DNA of 64,000 nt from Acidimicrobiales bacterium (GCA_035695125.1 DASSEU010000051.1:197823-261822), one strand, 5' to 3'; shown: positions 28,664-38,015, numbered from the stretch's first letter. Program-made: numbers and translations. Notes: generated from the sequence alone by a model not told the origin.

Positions 28664-29290
28664 ATGGGCACCGTTCACCGCCGGCCCCTCCACGCCGCCG
28701 CCGGGGCGTTCACGGCCCTCCACCAGGCTGTGGAGCTCGCGTTCGGAACCGGGGTGATCGGTCAGTCCGCGGTCGGGCTGCGGCCCGCCATCGCGGCCTC
28801 GGTCGTGTTCGACGGAGGTTGGGTCTATCTGGCGGGCAGGCGGCGGACCGGACCGGTGCTCGCGTTCCTGGCCGGCGTGGGGATCGGCGTGCCGGCCGTG
28901 CACTTCCGCCTGTGGCCCTGGCGCCTCCGCCCGGTGCCGGTCCTGACCGAGGCCGAGGGCCTTCCCCGCCGGCTGATGCCTGCGTACAACGCCATCCTGT
29001 ACGGATGGGCCCTCGCGGCCGGACTGGCCCTGGTGCGGGAGACCCCCAGGCGGGAGCGGTTGCTGGCCGTCCCCGGGATCCTCTCCGTATTCGCGGCGGG
29101 CCAGCTTGTCCGGCGCCACTTCGAGTGGATGGGGGCCGAGGCCAGCCGCAACCCGCAGTGGTGGAACGCGCCTGGCAACGAGGAGCGCCCGGCCGGTGAC
29201 CCTCTGGCGGGTGCTAGCCCCCGGAGCCGAAAGACAGCGAGCCCGAGCGGGACTGCTGGACGAGGGACTGGATGTCGTTCATGTCCTTGA
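28664..29290 (+). CDS. Hypothetical membrane protein
   Basis: Hydrophobic segments (AIAASVVFDGGWVYLAG, VLAFLAGVGIGVPAV, AILYGWALAAGLALV). The 3' end overlaps the convergent gene, so the true C-terminus is uncertain. Confidence 0.4.
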   Translation: MGTVHRRPLHAAAGAFTALHQAVELAFGTGVIGQSAVGLRPAIAASVVFDGGWVYLAGRRRTGPVLAFLAGVGIGVPAVHFRLWPWRLRPVPVLTEAEGLPRRLMPAYNAILYGWALAAGLALVRETPRRERLLAVPGILSVFAAGQLVRRHFEWMGAEASRNPQWWNAPGNEERPAGDPLAGASPRSRKTASPSGTAGRGTGCRSCP

Positions 29291-30545
29291 GCGACAGAGC
29301 ACCGAGGAAGTTGTCGATGTCGGTGAAGACCGTCCGGACCGGGTCGAAGTACCACTGACCGTTCTCCTGCACCGCCACCAACCCCTCCTGGGGGTGGATG
29401 CCACGCAGATCGTTCACCAGCGGTTGGAGCGGCGCCGGTAGGGACGAGAGCATCGAGTCCAGCCCCGATCCCGTGGGGCAGAGGTGCTGGTCGTTGGACG
29501 GGTTGCCCGCGTCAGAGACCGTGAGGCAGCTGCCGTCGTAGGTCACCGTGTACTGCTCGTATGTGGCGTGGAAGGCGACGCCCTTGATCGTCACCAGCTC
29601 GGCCCCGGACCCGTCGGCGACGTCGGCCAGGTCGAGCCTGGTCACCGCGATCGACAGCTTGGAGCGGACATCGCTCACGGCCTTGTCCGCCTTGGCCAGG
29701 AACAGCGGCGCGTAGTCGTGGAGGGCGGCCATCTCCTCGGGAGGAGTGAGCTTGACGACGCCGGCCAGGTCCAGGTCGGTGGCGGAGTGCACCAGGGCGC
29801 GGATGGCGTCGTCAGGCGTGGCTGACCCGACGGCGGGGACCGAGGTGCCGGCGGGGGGCGCCGACTGCCCGGCGCTGCGGGCCAGGTCCTCGGCCGCCGT
29901 GTAGCCGAGGCTGACGTACCAACCGCCGTTCTCCTGAACCGCCACGATGGCGTTGTCCCCCGTGGTGGCCCCCGTTGAGCTGCTGATGGGTTTGGCATGG
30001 GCCAGCGCCGATCCCGCCACCGAGCGGGTGAACGATCCCAGCGGGAGCCGGGACGGATCGACGTGGGAAGTGGCGGTGCCCGACGTGATGGTCACCGCTG
30101 CCCGCTGCGGGGTCAGGTAGGTGGTCGAGGTCTTGATGTCCGAGAAACCGAGGTTGATCCCGCTGATATTGGACAGGTCGGTGTCCTGGCTCAGCACCTG
30201 CAGACGCTCGAGCTGGTCCGCTGTGCGCGAGATGCCGCTCTCCAGCGCGTCGCGCTCGGACGGCTCGAGCGTGCCCAGGACACCGAGGAGGTCCCCGTGC
30301 TGGGCGGCGTCGAGCAGGGCCCGTACGGCCCCGTCCGGGGAGCTGGCCGACGCGGTGCTCCCCCCGGCCAGGGTCAGGCTGGCCGCCACTCCCGCGCCCA
30401 GCAGGAGGACGGGCACGGCCATGACCGCGCCCCGAGCCAGGCGGCGCCGCGGCTGCGACTCGGCTCCGGCGCCGAGGATGTCCGAGGGTCCCAGGGGGAC
30501 GGCCGGGACGGGCTCGGGTGAGTTCCCGGGCGGTTGCCAGTTCAT
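29214..30545 (-). CDS. Membrane-anchored protein with two tandem NTF2-like (DUF4878-like) domains
   Basis: The real start is the internal Met MNWQPP of track ORF 29214..31310. A single TM (AVMAVPVLLLGAGVAASLTLAGG) is followed by two ~200 aa repeats, each opening like PDGAVRALLDAAQHGDLLGVLGTLEPSE / PDDAIRALVHSATDLDLAGVVKLTPPEE and ending AVQENGGWYVS / AVQENGQWYFD. Confidence 0.6.
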   Translation of the reverse strand: MNWQPPGNSPEPVPAVPLGPSDILGAGAESQPRRRLARGAVMAVPVLLLGAGVAASLTLAGGSTASASSPDGAVRALLDAAQHGDLLGVLGTLEPSERDALESGISRTADQLERLQVLSQDTDLSNISGINLGFSDIKTSTTYLTPQRAAVTITSGTATSHVDPSRLPLGSFTRSVAGSALAHAKPISSSTGATTGDNAIVAVQENGGWYVSLGYTAAEDLARSAGQSAPPAGTSVPAVGSATPDDAIRALVHSATDLDLAGVVKLTPPEEMAALHDYAPLFLAKADKAVSDVRSKLSIAVTRLDLADVADGSGAELVTIKGVAFHATYEQYTVTYDGSCLTVSDAGNPSNDQHLCPTGSGLDSMLSSLPAPLQPLVNDLRGIHPQEGLVAVQENGQWYFDPVRTVFTDIDNFLGALSLKDMNDIQSLVQQSRSGSLSFGSGG

Positions 30546-31033
30546 CGATGACTCCTTGTCGTTACGGAGCGGGCCACGGCCAGGCCGACCGTGACACTGC
30601 CGAGGCCCAGCCCGAGGAAGGGGCCGAGCAGCAGCCCGGACTGCACCTTGGTGGCCGCCAGCGCCGAGGCGGTGACGAGGAGGGCGCCGGTGACGCCGGC
30701 CAGGGTGCGGGCTGCGGTGGGTCGGGCCAGGTACACGGCCGCGAGCGTGGCGGCGGCCAGCGAGGGCAGGAGATAGGCGGCCACGGTGAGGAGCCGTGCG
30801 CCGGTGCCCGTGAGCAGACCGGCGCGCTGCCCCGATGCCAGCAACTGGTACCCATCGCGCTCCACGCTTCCGCTGCGCATCCACGGCGCGAAGGCGTCGA
30901 TGAGGCAGGCGAGGGCGGCGGCGCCGCTGCAGAGCCAGTCCGGTAGCTTCGCCCTGGCGGTTCCTGCCGCTGGGTTCACGGCTATTAGTCGGCACCGTCG
31001 CAGGGGACTTGAGGCGGCAGCGGAGCCCCGCAA
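30542..31033 (-). CDS. Hypothetical polytopic membrane protein. Its stop overlaps the start of 29214..30545 (ATGA).
   Basis: Clear TM segments LLTVAAYLLPSLAAATLAAVYLA, LAGVTGALLVTASALAATKV, LLLGPFLGLGLGSVTVGLAVA. Its 5' part is antisense to the upstream half of track ORF 30786..31334. Confidence 0.5.
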   Translation of the reverse strand: MRGSAAASSPLRRCRLIAVNPAAGTARAKLPDWLCSGAAALACLIDAFAPWMRSGSVERDGYQLLASGQRAGLLTGTGARLLTVAAYLLPSLAAATLAAVYLARPTAARTLAGVTGALLVTASALAATKVQSGLLLGPFLGLGLGSVTVGLAVARSVTTRSHR

Positions 31034-31073
31034 GGTCCAACATAGGGACCGTCACGACGACCGGAGGTGCCAG

Positions 31074-31334
31074 GTGGGGTTCCTGTCCGAGATCAGGAAG
31101 CGCATCAGAGCCCAGGAGTCCCCCCTGCCGGCGCGGCCGTCGCTGTTCGGCAAGGTGGGCGTCGTGAGCGCCACCATTCCGGCCGGGGGCACCGGTGAGG
31201 TCCGCATCGCCGTGCGGGGCACGACCGAGGCCTTCTCCGCCCGGGCCGCCGACGACAGCGAGATCCCGAGCGGGACCCGGGTGACCGTCGTCGAGGAGCT
31301 GTCCCCTCAAGCCGTCCAGGTCACGCCCCTCTAG
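31074..31334 (+). CDS. NfeD-like OB-fold protein, short soluble form without the usual N-terminal membrane anchor
   Basis: VGFLSEIRKRIRAQESPLPARPSLFGKVGVVSATIPAGGTGEVRIAVRGTTEAFSARAADDSEIPSGTRVTVVEELSPQAVQVTPL. GTG start inferred inside track ORF 30786..31334. It sits immediately upstream of the flotillin gene, the conserved NfeD-SPFH pairing. Confidence 0.6.
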   Translation: MGFLSEIRKRIRAQESPLPARPSLFGKVGVVSATIPAGGTGEVRIAVRGTTEAFSARAADDSEIPSGTRVTVVEELSPQAVQVTPL

Positions 31335-31363
31335 TAGCCGCCGAAGAGAGAAGGGAACCCGTC

Positions 31364-32638
31364 ATGTTCTTCTACCGCATCCCTCAGCCCAACGAGGCCC
31401 TGCTGATCGCCGGCCGTCGCCACGGCGGCCCCGAGGGCCCCGGGTTCAAGATCGTCGTCGGCCAGGGCGCCTTCGTGGTCCCCGCCTTCAAGCGCGCCTA
31501 CTTCCTGGACATGTCCCTCCACGAGGCCGAGCTGGCCGAGGACTGTGTATCGACGCAGGGCATCCCGCTCAAGGTGCAGGCGGTTGCGGTGTTCAAGGTC
31601 GGCCCCCAGCCCGAGCTGATCGCGGCCGCCGCCCAGCGCTTCCTGGACCAGCAGGACCAGATGGACACGCAGGTGGGGCGGATCTTCGCCGGCCACCTCC
31701 GCCAGATCGTGGGCCAGATGACCATCGAGGACATCATCCGGGAGCGCGACAAGCTGGTCTCGGCGGTGAAGGAGTCGTCGGCGTCGGAGTGCGAGAAGCT
31801 CGGTCTGATCGTCGACAGCTTCCAGATCCAGACCATCGACGACCCGACCGGCTACATCTCCAACCTGGCCGCCCCCCACCAGGCGGCGGTCGAGGCCGCC
31901 GCCCGGGTGGCCGCCGCCCAGCAGAACCAGCAGGCCACCCTGGCCGAACAGGAGGCGAACGCCATCAACGCCGAGAACACGGCGGCGTCGTCCAAGCGCC
32001 AGGCGCAGGCCAACGCCGACATCGAGACGGCCAAGCAGACCGCCGCCCAGGCCGGTCCCCTGGCCCAGGCCCGCGCCCAGCAGGAGGTCATCAAAGCCCA
32101 GACGTCCAACCAGAAGCTCGAGGCGGAACGCCAGCAGGCGGCCCTGCGGGCCACCCGGTACGCCGAGGCGGACGCCGATGCGTACGCGACCCGGACCCGC
32201 GCCGATGCCGACAAGGCGGCCCGGATAGCCGTCGCCGAGGCCGAGGCGGAGTCCATCCGCATCCGGGGCCAGGCGGAAGGGGACGCCCTGACCGCCAAGG
32301 CCAATGCCATGGCCCAGCACCGCGACGCTCTGATAGCCCAGCAGCTCGTCGAGCAGCTGCCCGACGTGGTGCACGCCGCCGCCGAGTCGCTGGCCAGCTC
32401 CAACCTCACCGTGCTGAACGGCGCCGAGGGACTCAACCAGATGTTCGGTGGCCTGCTGACCGCCGGGCTCAACATGCTCAACCGGGTCCAGTCCGGCCTG
32501 CCCGAGTCCAACGGCCAGCTGCCCGCCGGGGAGCCAGCCACCGCAGGCGCGGCCAATGGTGACGCCGGACCCGCTGCCGACGCAGCTGCCGCGCCCCAGG
32601 GGACGCGTCGTTCGCCGCGTCCGAGCCGCAGGCCGTAA
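31364..32638 (+). CDS. Flotillin-like SPFH/band-7 protein (YqiK/FloT-like)
   Basis: MFFYRIPQPNEALLIAGRRHG...KIVVGQGAFVVPAFKRAYFLDMSLHEAEL is an SPFH domain. A long Ala/Gln/Glu-rich coiled coil follows. Confidence 0.8.
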   Translation: MFFYRIPQPNEALLIAGRRHGGPEGPGFKIVVGQGAFVVPAFKRAYFLDMSLHEAELAEDCVSTQGIPLKVQAVAVFKVGPQPELIAAAAQRFLDQQDQMDTQVGRIFAGHLRQIVGQMTIEDIIRERDKLVSAVKESSASECEKLGLIVDSFQIQTIDDPTGYISNLAAPHQAAVEAAARVAAAQQNQQATLAEQEANAINAENTAASSKRQAQANADIETAKQTAAQAGPLAQARAQQEVIKAQTSNQKLEAERQQAALRATRYAEADADAYATRTRADADKAARIAVAEAEAESIRIRGQAEGDALTAKANAMAQHRDALIAQQLVEQLPDVVHAAAESLASSNLTVLNGAEGLNQMFGGLLTAGLNMLNRVQSGLPESNGQLPAGEPATAGAANGDAGPAADAAAAPQGTRRSPRPSRRP

Positions 32639-32666
32639 CGGGCATCGCCGACCGGTACGGGGCATG

Positions 32667-32681
32667 GCCGAGGTCCTCGGC
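32667..32681 (+). terminator. Possible stem-loop downstream of the flotillin gene (gccgag-gtc-ctcggc), without a U-tract
   Basis: Inverted repeat read by eye about 30 nt after the stop. A missing U-tract is common for high-GC terminators, but this is weak. Confidence 0.2.
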
Positions 32682-32744
32682 GGGGTTGCGGGGCGCCCCC
32701 AGGTGACATAATGTCACTGAACGCCGGGGGAGAGGGGAGCGGGC

Positions 32745-33947
32745 ATGACCTATGCCGCGGGCCGGGTGATTCTCGATGCCGACAGCCATGTGATGGAGCT
32801 GGCCGACTTCCTGGACGACTTCATCGACCCGGGAGATCGGGACCGGCTGCGGAGGCGGGGGATGGACGCCCTGTCTCCCGTGCTGGCTGAGGCGGTGCGG
32901 CGGGCGGAGGCCAGGGGCTCCGACCCGGCCGCCGCCGCCGAGGCCGAGGACCGCATGATGACGGACAAGGGCTGGATGGCCATGGGCGGCTTCGACCCGG
33001 CCGAGCGCAGCCGGGTGCTCGACCGCCTCGGCTTCGACGCCCAGCTCGTGTTCGCCACGTTCGCGACCGCCATGTTCAACCTGCCGCAGAGCCCCCGCCG
33101 CTATGACGACCCGGGCGAGCTCGCGTCCGACCTCGACCTGCTGTATGCCGGGTGCCGGGCACAGAACAGGGCCATGGCGGCCTTCTGTGCCGGGGACGGG
33201 CGCCTGCTCCCGGTGGCCTACGTCTCACTGGTCGACCCGGATCGGGCCGTCGACGTGGCGGAGGAGGCGATCGCAGCGGGTTGCGGGGCCGTCATGGTTC
33301 CGTCCACGGCGGCGGGGGACCGGGCGCCGACCCATCCCGATCTCCACGGGTTCTGGGGTCTGCTGGAGCGCTCGGACGTTCCGTTCGTGCTCCACGTCGG
33401 CGGGGGCGGCCGCCTCCTCGACCGCGCCTTCCACAACAACGCCATGCCCGTCACGGATCACCTCGGAGGCGGGGAGAACATCCGCTCCAAGGACTACCTG
33501 GCCATCTACCACTCTCCCGCCCTGTTCCTCGGGACGCTGATCCTCGACGGGCTCTTCGACAGGTTCCCCCGCCTGCGGGGCGGCTGCATCGAGCAGGGCG
33601 CCGGATGGGTGGTTTCCTGGATGCATCATCTCGATTACGCCCAGCGTGCGTTCAGGCGCACCGAGGAGCCCCTCCGGCGCCTGGCCGACCGGCCGTCCGA
33701 GTACGTGCGCCGGCACCTCAGGTTCACGCCGTTCCCGGGGGAGCCGGTGGGCTGGATGATCCAGGAGGCGGGACCGGAGCTGTTCATGTTCTCGACCGAC
33801 TACCCCCACCCGGAGGGGGGTCGCGACCCGCTGGCCAAGTTCGAGGCCGAGCTCACCGAAGTCTCCGCCGACGACCGCTCACGGTTCTACGCCGGCAACA
33901 TGGCCGAGCTGATGGGCTCGCGCCTCCTGGAGTCCACTCCGCGGTAG
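32745..33947 (+). CDS. Amidohydrolase-2 family protein (PF04909; ACMSD/LigW/LigI-type metal-dependent hydrolase or decarboxylase)
   Basis: VILDADSHVMEL...FVLHVGGGG...FSTDYPHPEG. Confidence 0.75.
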   Translation: MTYAAGRVILDADSHVMELADFLDDFIDPGDRDRLRRRGMDALSPVLAEAVRRAEARGSDPAAAAEAEDRMMTDKGWMAMGGFDPAERSRVLDRLGFDAQLVFATFATAMFNLPQSPRRYDDPGELASDLDLLYAGCRAQNRAMAAFCAGDGRLLPVAYVSLVDPDRAVDVAEEAIAAGCGAVMVPSTAAGDRAPTHPDLHGFWGLLERSDVPFVLHVGGGGRLLDRAFHNNAMPVTDHLGGGENIRSKDYLAIYHSPALFLGTLILDGLFDRFPRLRGGCIEQGAGWVVSWMHHLDYAQRAFRRTEEPLRRLADRPSEYVRRHLRFTPFPGEPVGWMIQEAGPELFMFSTDYPHPEGGRDPLAKFEAELTEVSADDRSRFYAGNMAELMGSRLLESTPR

Positions 33948-33975
33948 GCCGCGGCGGGGACTTACACTCCCGTCG

Positions 33976-34656
33976 ATGTCCGCGGGCGCAGCCTCCCAGG
34001 CGGAGGCGCTCTACGGCCTCCTGGCCCGCCGGCGCGATGTCCGCGCCGAGTTCACCGGGGCGCCGGTGTCCGATGACGTCCTCGGCCGGATCCTCGGGGC
34101 CGCTCACGCCGCTCCCAGCGTCGGACTGTCCCAGCCGTGGGACTTCGTCGTGGTGCGTTCGGAGGAGGCCCGCCGCCGCTTCCACGAGCACGTGATGGCC
34201 GAACGGGCGGCGTTCGCGGCGGCGCTGCCGGCCGAACGGGCCGCCGTGTTCGCCGGGATCAAGATCGAGGGCATCCTCGAAGCGAGCATGGGCATTGTTG
34301 TCACCTACGACCACGACCGTGGCGGGCCCAATGTGCTGGGACGCCGCTCGATCCCGGAGGCGGGGCTGTACTCGACCTGCCTGGCCATCGAGAACCTCTG
34401 GTTGGCGGCGACGGCCGAGGGCCTCGGGGTCGGTTGGGTCTCGTTCTACCGGGAGCCGTTCCTCCGGGACCTCCTCGGCATCCCCGGGACCGTCCGTCCC
34501 GTCGCCTGGCTCTGCGTGGGTACGGTCAGCCACCTCCAGGAACGGCCCGACCTGGAGCGCGCCGGTTGGCGACGCCGGCGGCCCCTCGATGAGGCCGTAC
34601 ACGAGGAGCGGTGGGGTTGCCACGAGCTCGGAGTGGCGGCCGCCGGGGAGAGCTGA
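33976..34656 (+). CDS. bluB: 5,6-dimethylbenzimidazole synthase BluB (nitroreductase superfamily)
   Basis: Near-identical blocks to characterised BluB: RRDVRAEF, LGAAHAAPSVGLSQPWDFVVV, GPNVLGRRS, EGLGVGWVSF, VAWLCVG, EERWG. Confidence 0.8.
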   Translation: MSAGAASQAEALYGLLARRRDVRAEFTGAPVSDDVLGRILGAAHAAPSVGLSQPWDFVVVRSEEARRRFHEHVMAERAAFAAALPAERAAVFAGIKIEGILEASMGIVVTYDHDRGGPNVLGRRSIPEAGLYSTCLAIENLWLAATAEGLGVGWVSFYREPFLRDLLGIPGTVRPVAWLCVGTVSHLQERPDLERAGWRRRRPLDEAVHEERWGCHELGVAAAGES

Positions 34657-34660
34657 CGGC

Positions 34661-35809
34661 TCAGCTTCCCGTCGCTATCCCGTAGCGCTCGACGTAACCC
34701 GAGAAGCGCTCGGACACCTGGCCCTTGTCCAGCCCGAAGTCGGCCAGGTCGTACCGGTGCTCTCCGAACCGGCCCTGCCGATGGCTGTCCACGTACCTCG
34801 CCATCGCCGCGGCGGCCTTGTCTCCCAGGGTGTCCCCGCACGCCGCGTAGATGGCCGCCACCGTTTCGACCGGGGCGCGCACCAGGTCGTCGTAGTGCAC
34901 ATCGAGGATGGGATGCTCGGGGTGGGCGCTCCGGAAGGCGTCCACCCGCTCGACCGAGGTCTCGAGCATGTCGGTCCAGTGCCGGGCTATGTAGGGGCGG
35001 TGGTCGGCATCGCTGAACGTGCTGGACAGCGTGTGGATCAGGCTGCATACCGAGGCGCACAGGATGACGGGATCGCGGTGCAGAAGGACCAGGCGGGCGT
35101 CGGGATAGACGGAGGTGAGCGCCCCGAGGGCGGTCGCGTGATGGGGGCTCTTGAGTGTCCATCGGCCCCGGGCCCCGCCGCTCTGCAGGACCTGGAGGAC
35201 CAGGTGGTGGTACTCGTAGGCGGAGGCCTGGTCCGTGCCGAGGAGCCAACGGCCGTAGGTGGGGACGTTGGCAATGGCCTCGAGGGCCAGGCTCTTGAAG
35301 TCCTGGCTCATCACCGCGATGCACTCGGTGGGCCCGTCGACGTCCTCGTGGTGCACGATCGGCACCATCGGGTTCAGCTGCTCGAGCATGGCCGCCCCGG
35401 CCCGGGCGGCCTCGACCCTGGGCCCGGAGCGGAGCTGGGCCCGGGCCGGCGGCGGGACACTGTCGGTCGCCTCCCATCGCAGGAGGGCGCGGTTGCCGGG
35501 GTCCTGGTCGAGCAGGTTGCTGAGGAGGGTCGTGCCCGCCCGGAACATGCCGATCACCACCAGTGGTGCACTGATCGGCTCTCCCGCCACGTCGGGATGC
35601 CGGGCCGCCCAGTCGACCACCTCCAGGCGGTTGGTCAGGTTGGAGACCGCGTTGGCGGCCACCGCCATCTCCCCGACCTCGTTGAGCCGGGCCTCGGTGC
35701 GTACGGAGTCGCAGTAGACCTCCAGACCCTCCCGGAAGCTGTCGCTCCCGAAGTCCTCGAGCCCGGTCTGCCGGCGCGCCGCCGCGATGAGGTCGGCCGG
35801 AACCATCAC
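34661..35809 (-). CDS. Sulfotransferase family protein (Stf0-like, PAPS-dependent)
   Basis: The P-loop-like PLVVIGMFRAGTTLL (5'-PSB) and overall size match the family. Confidence 0.7.
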   Translation of the reverse strand: MMVPADLIAAARRQTGLEDFGSDSFREGLEVYCDSVRTEARLNEVGEMAVAANAVSNLTNRLEVVDWAARHPDVAGEPISAPLVVIGMFRAGTTLLSNLLDQDPGNRALLRWEATDSVPPPARAQLRSGPRVEAARAGAAMLEQLNPMVPIVHHEDVDGPTECIAVMSQDFKSLALEAIANVPTYGRWLLGTDQASAYEYHHLVLQVLQSGGARGRWTLKSPHHATALGALTSVYPDARLVLLHRDPVILCASVCSLIHTLSSTFSDADHRPYIARHWTDMLETSVERVDAFRSAHPEHPILDVHYDDLVRAPVETVAAIYAACGDTLGDKAAAAMARYVDSHRQGRFGEHRYDLADFGLDKGQVSERFSGYVERYGIATGS

Positions 35810-35819
35810 GCCCCGGCCG

Positions 35820-36857
35820 TCACGCCGGGAGCGAGAGGTCGACCACCGTGCGCCCGCTGGTGCGTCGGGCGGCGTGGTCCTCCAGGGCTTCGGCCACCTG
35901 GCCCATGCTTATCCGGCGACCGATGTAGGGCCGGATGGCCCCCTCCGCCACCAGTCGGCGCAGGGCGGCGTGCACCTCCGCGCCTCGCTCGGGCGGGTTC
36001 GGAACCACGCCGAACTGCCTCATGATCCGGGACTCCGGGTTGTAGGAGAGGAGCACTCCGACGACCGAGAAGTTGCCCATGGCGACCTTGCGCAGCGGGC
36101 GCCCGGTGAAGCCGGAGTCGGGGTCGTCGTTGAACCCGACCGGCACGTAGCGGCCCGCGTAGGCGACACAGGTCCAGACCGTCTCCGTGCCGGCGCCCCC
36201 CACGAAGTCGACCACCACGTTCGCGCCCCGTTCCCCGGTGAGCTCCATCACCCGGTCGAACACGTCCTCGGAGGTGTGGTCGATGGCGACCTCTGCGCCC
36301 AGCTTCTCGCACACGGCCACCTTCTCCGGACCTCCGGCCACGGCCAGAACCCGGGCCCCCGCGGCCGTCCCGAGCTGGATGGCGGCGGTTCCGAGGGCGC
36401 TGGCCCCTCCGACGACCAGAACGGTCTCTCCGGCCCGGAGCTGGGCCCGGATATGCAGCGCCAGGTATGTCGTATGGAAGGGGAGCAGGAACGCCCCGGC
36501 CTCGATGTCGTCCAGCTCGGCCGGCGCCTCGAACACGCCGTTGGCCGGGGCCAGGGCCAGGTCGGCCATCCCCCCGAACGACTGGTTGCACATAGCCACG
36601 ACCCGCCGGCCCAACCACTGCTCGGCGCCGGCTCCCGCCGCCTCGACGACGCCGCAGACCTCCATGCCCAGGGTGAAGGGCGGCTGCGCCATGACGCTGG
36701 CCACTCCGCCCCGGCACCGGGCGATGTCCCCGAAGTTCAGCGCCGCCGCCGCGACCGCCACGCGCACTCCACCCGCCTCGACCTCGGGGGCGGGGATGTC
36801 CTGGACCTCGACGACCTCGCTCGGCGCGCCGTGGCGCAGGACCCGCACCGCTCTCAC
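35820..36857 (-). CDS. NADPH:quinone oxidoreductase / zinc-binding alcohol dehydrogenase family (MDR)
   Basis: MRAVRVLRHGAPSEVVEVQDIPAPE...GETVLVVGGASALGTAAIQL is the Rossmann GxGxxG region. Confidence 0.8.
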   Translation of the reverse strand: MRAVRVLRHGAPSEVVEVQDIPAPEVEAGGVRVAVAAAALNFGDIARCRGGVASVMAQPPFTLGMEVCGVVEAAGAGAEQWLGRRVVAMCNQSFGGMADLALAPANGVFEAPAELDDIEAGAFLLPFHTTYLALHIRAQLRAGETVLVVGGASALGTAAIQLGTAAGARVLAVAGGPEKVAVCEKLGAEVAIDHTSEDVFDRVMELTGERGANVVVDFVGGAGTETVWTCVAYAGRYVPVGFNDDPDSGFTGRPLRKVAMGNFSVVGVLLSYNPESRIMRQFGVVPNPPERGAEVHAALRRLVAEGAIRPYIGRRISMGQVAEALEDHAARRTSGRTVVDLSLPA

Positions 36858-36998
36858 TGGCCACCTCCCGAACGGCGGTTGCCGGTTTATATCAGGAGAT
36901 CGCGTACTGCGCTCCGTGTGTCCGAACCCCGGTACGGACAGCGCTGCCTATTGTCCCCATTTCGGTTCGACGAGGTTCTGCTACGAGAGGGGGATGAG

Positions 36999-37352
36999 AT
37001 GGCGGCCGTGGATGACGCCCTGGAGGCCGCCCGGGCCCGGATCGGGCCCCGGGTGACCCCTGCCGGCCTGGAGGCGGAGCTGGCCGCCGGCGCCCTGGTG
37101 GTCGACATCCGGCCGGCCGAGTCGCGGGATCGGGAGGGCGCTCTCGACGGCGCCCTCGTCGTCGAACGCACCGTTCTCGAGTGGCGGCTCGACCCCACCA
37201 GCCCGTACCGCGCCGACCGCATGCAGGATGCCGGCCAGAGGGTGGTGATCGTGTGCAACGAGGGCTACGCGTCGAGCCTGGCCGCCGCCGCCCTGCGCGA
37301 CCTCGGCCTCACCAATGTCACCGATCTCGAGGGTGGCTACCGCGCCCTCTGA
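36999..37352 (+). CDS. Rhodanese-like domain protein (single domain, active-site Cys)
   Basis: MAAVDDALEAARARI...LVVDIRPAESR...VVIVCNEGYASSLAAAALRDLGLTNVTDLEGGY carries the CNEG active-site loop. It is in frame inside track ORF 35787..37352. Confidence 0.7.
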   Translation: MAAVDDALEAARARIGPRVTPAGLEAELAAGALVVDIRPAESRDREGALDGALVVERTVLEWRLDPTSPYRADRMQDAGQRVVIVCNEGYASSLAAAALRDLGLTNVTDLEGGYRAL

Positions 37353-37987
37353 CCCTCGTCGAGGAGATGACCCACGGCCTGGGCCAGCAGCTTGCGGGTG
37401 GCGGCGAAGTCCGGCCTCCAGTCCGGCCTGCTCTCCTGCACGTTGATCGACACCAACAGCTCGCTCATGGCCACCCCGCGCACGGCGTGGAAGACGAACT
37501 CGGCCAGGCGGGGGTCCCGGTTGCGGTCGTCCCCGAACAGCTCGCGGGCCAACCGGGCGAAGAGGGGCGCGGCTGACGCGTTCAGCTCCCTGAGCATCTC
37601 GATGGTGCGCTGCGAGGTGGCGGGATCGTGGGTCAGGTTCAGAGCCACCTGCATGAAAGCCAGCCAGGCGGGCCGGCCGTAGTAGTCGGCCAGGATGTCG
37701 AAGTACGACTCCACCCGCTCGGCCATCGTGGCCCCGCTGACGTGGCGCTCGGTGAGGAGGCGGCCCAGCCGCTCGGTCCCCTCCTGCATGACCGCCACCA
37801 TCAGGGACTCCCGGCTGCCGAACCAGTACTGGATGACGCCCCAGGACAGCCCGGCCCGGTCGGCGATGGCGTTGGAGCTGGCCCGGTAGAAGCCGTTCTC
37901 CAGGATGCACTGGATGGCCGCCTCGATCACCCGCTGCCTGGTGTCGGTCTCCTGCTCGGAAGCAGGCTTCGACGAGGTTCGGGGCAC
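37337..37987 (-). CDS. TetR family transcriptional regulator
   Basis: TRQRVIEAAIQCILENGFYRASSNAIADRAGLSWGVIQYWFGSRESL. Confidence 0.75.
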   Translation of the reverse strand: MPRTSSKPASEQETDTRQRVIEAAIQCILENGFYRASSNAIADRAGLSWGVIQYWFGSRESLMVAVMQEGTERLGRLLTERHVSGATMAERVESYFDILADYYGRPAWLAFMQVALNLTHDPATSQRTIEMLRELNASAAPLFARLARELFGDDRNRDPRLAEFVFHAVRGVAMSELLVSINVQESRPDWRPDFAATRKLLAQAVGHLLDEGQRAR

Positions 37988-38015
37988 GGGGCGAAGGTAC
38001 CAGGGGTCGGTCCGT

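Noticed and set aside
31331-32709. 444 aa and 285 aa minus-strand ORFs
   Set aside because: They are antisense to the flotillin gene, whose SPFH domain and coiled coil are clear. The antisense products are Gly/Leu/Arg-rich repeats mirroring the Ala/Gln/Glu repeat of the sense strand.
35806-36864. A 352 aa minus-strand ORF in an alternative frame of the quinone oxidoreductase
   Set aside because: The frame 35820..36857 gives a canonical MDR Rossmann protein; this alternative frame is Gly/Arg-rich.
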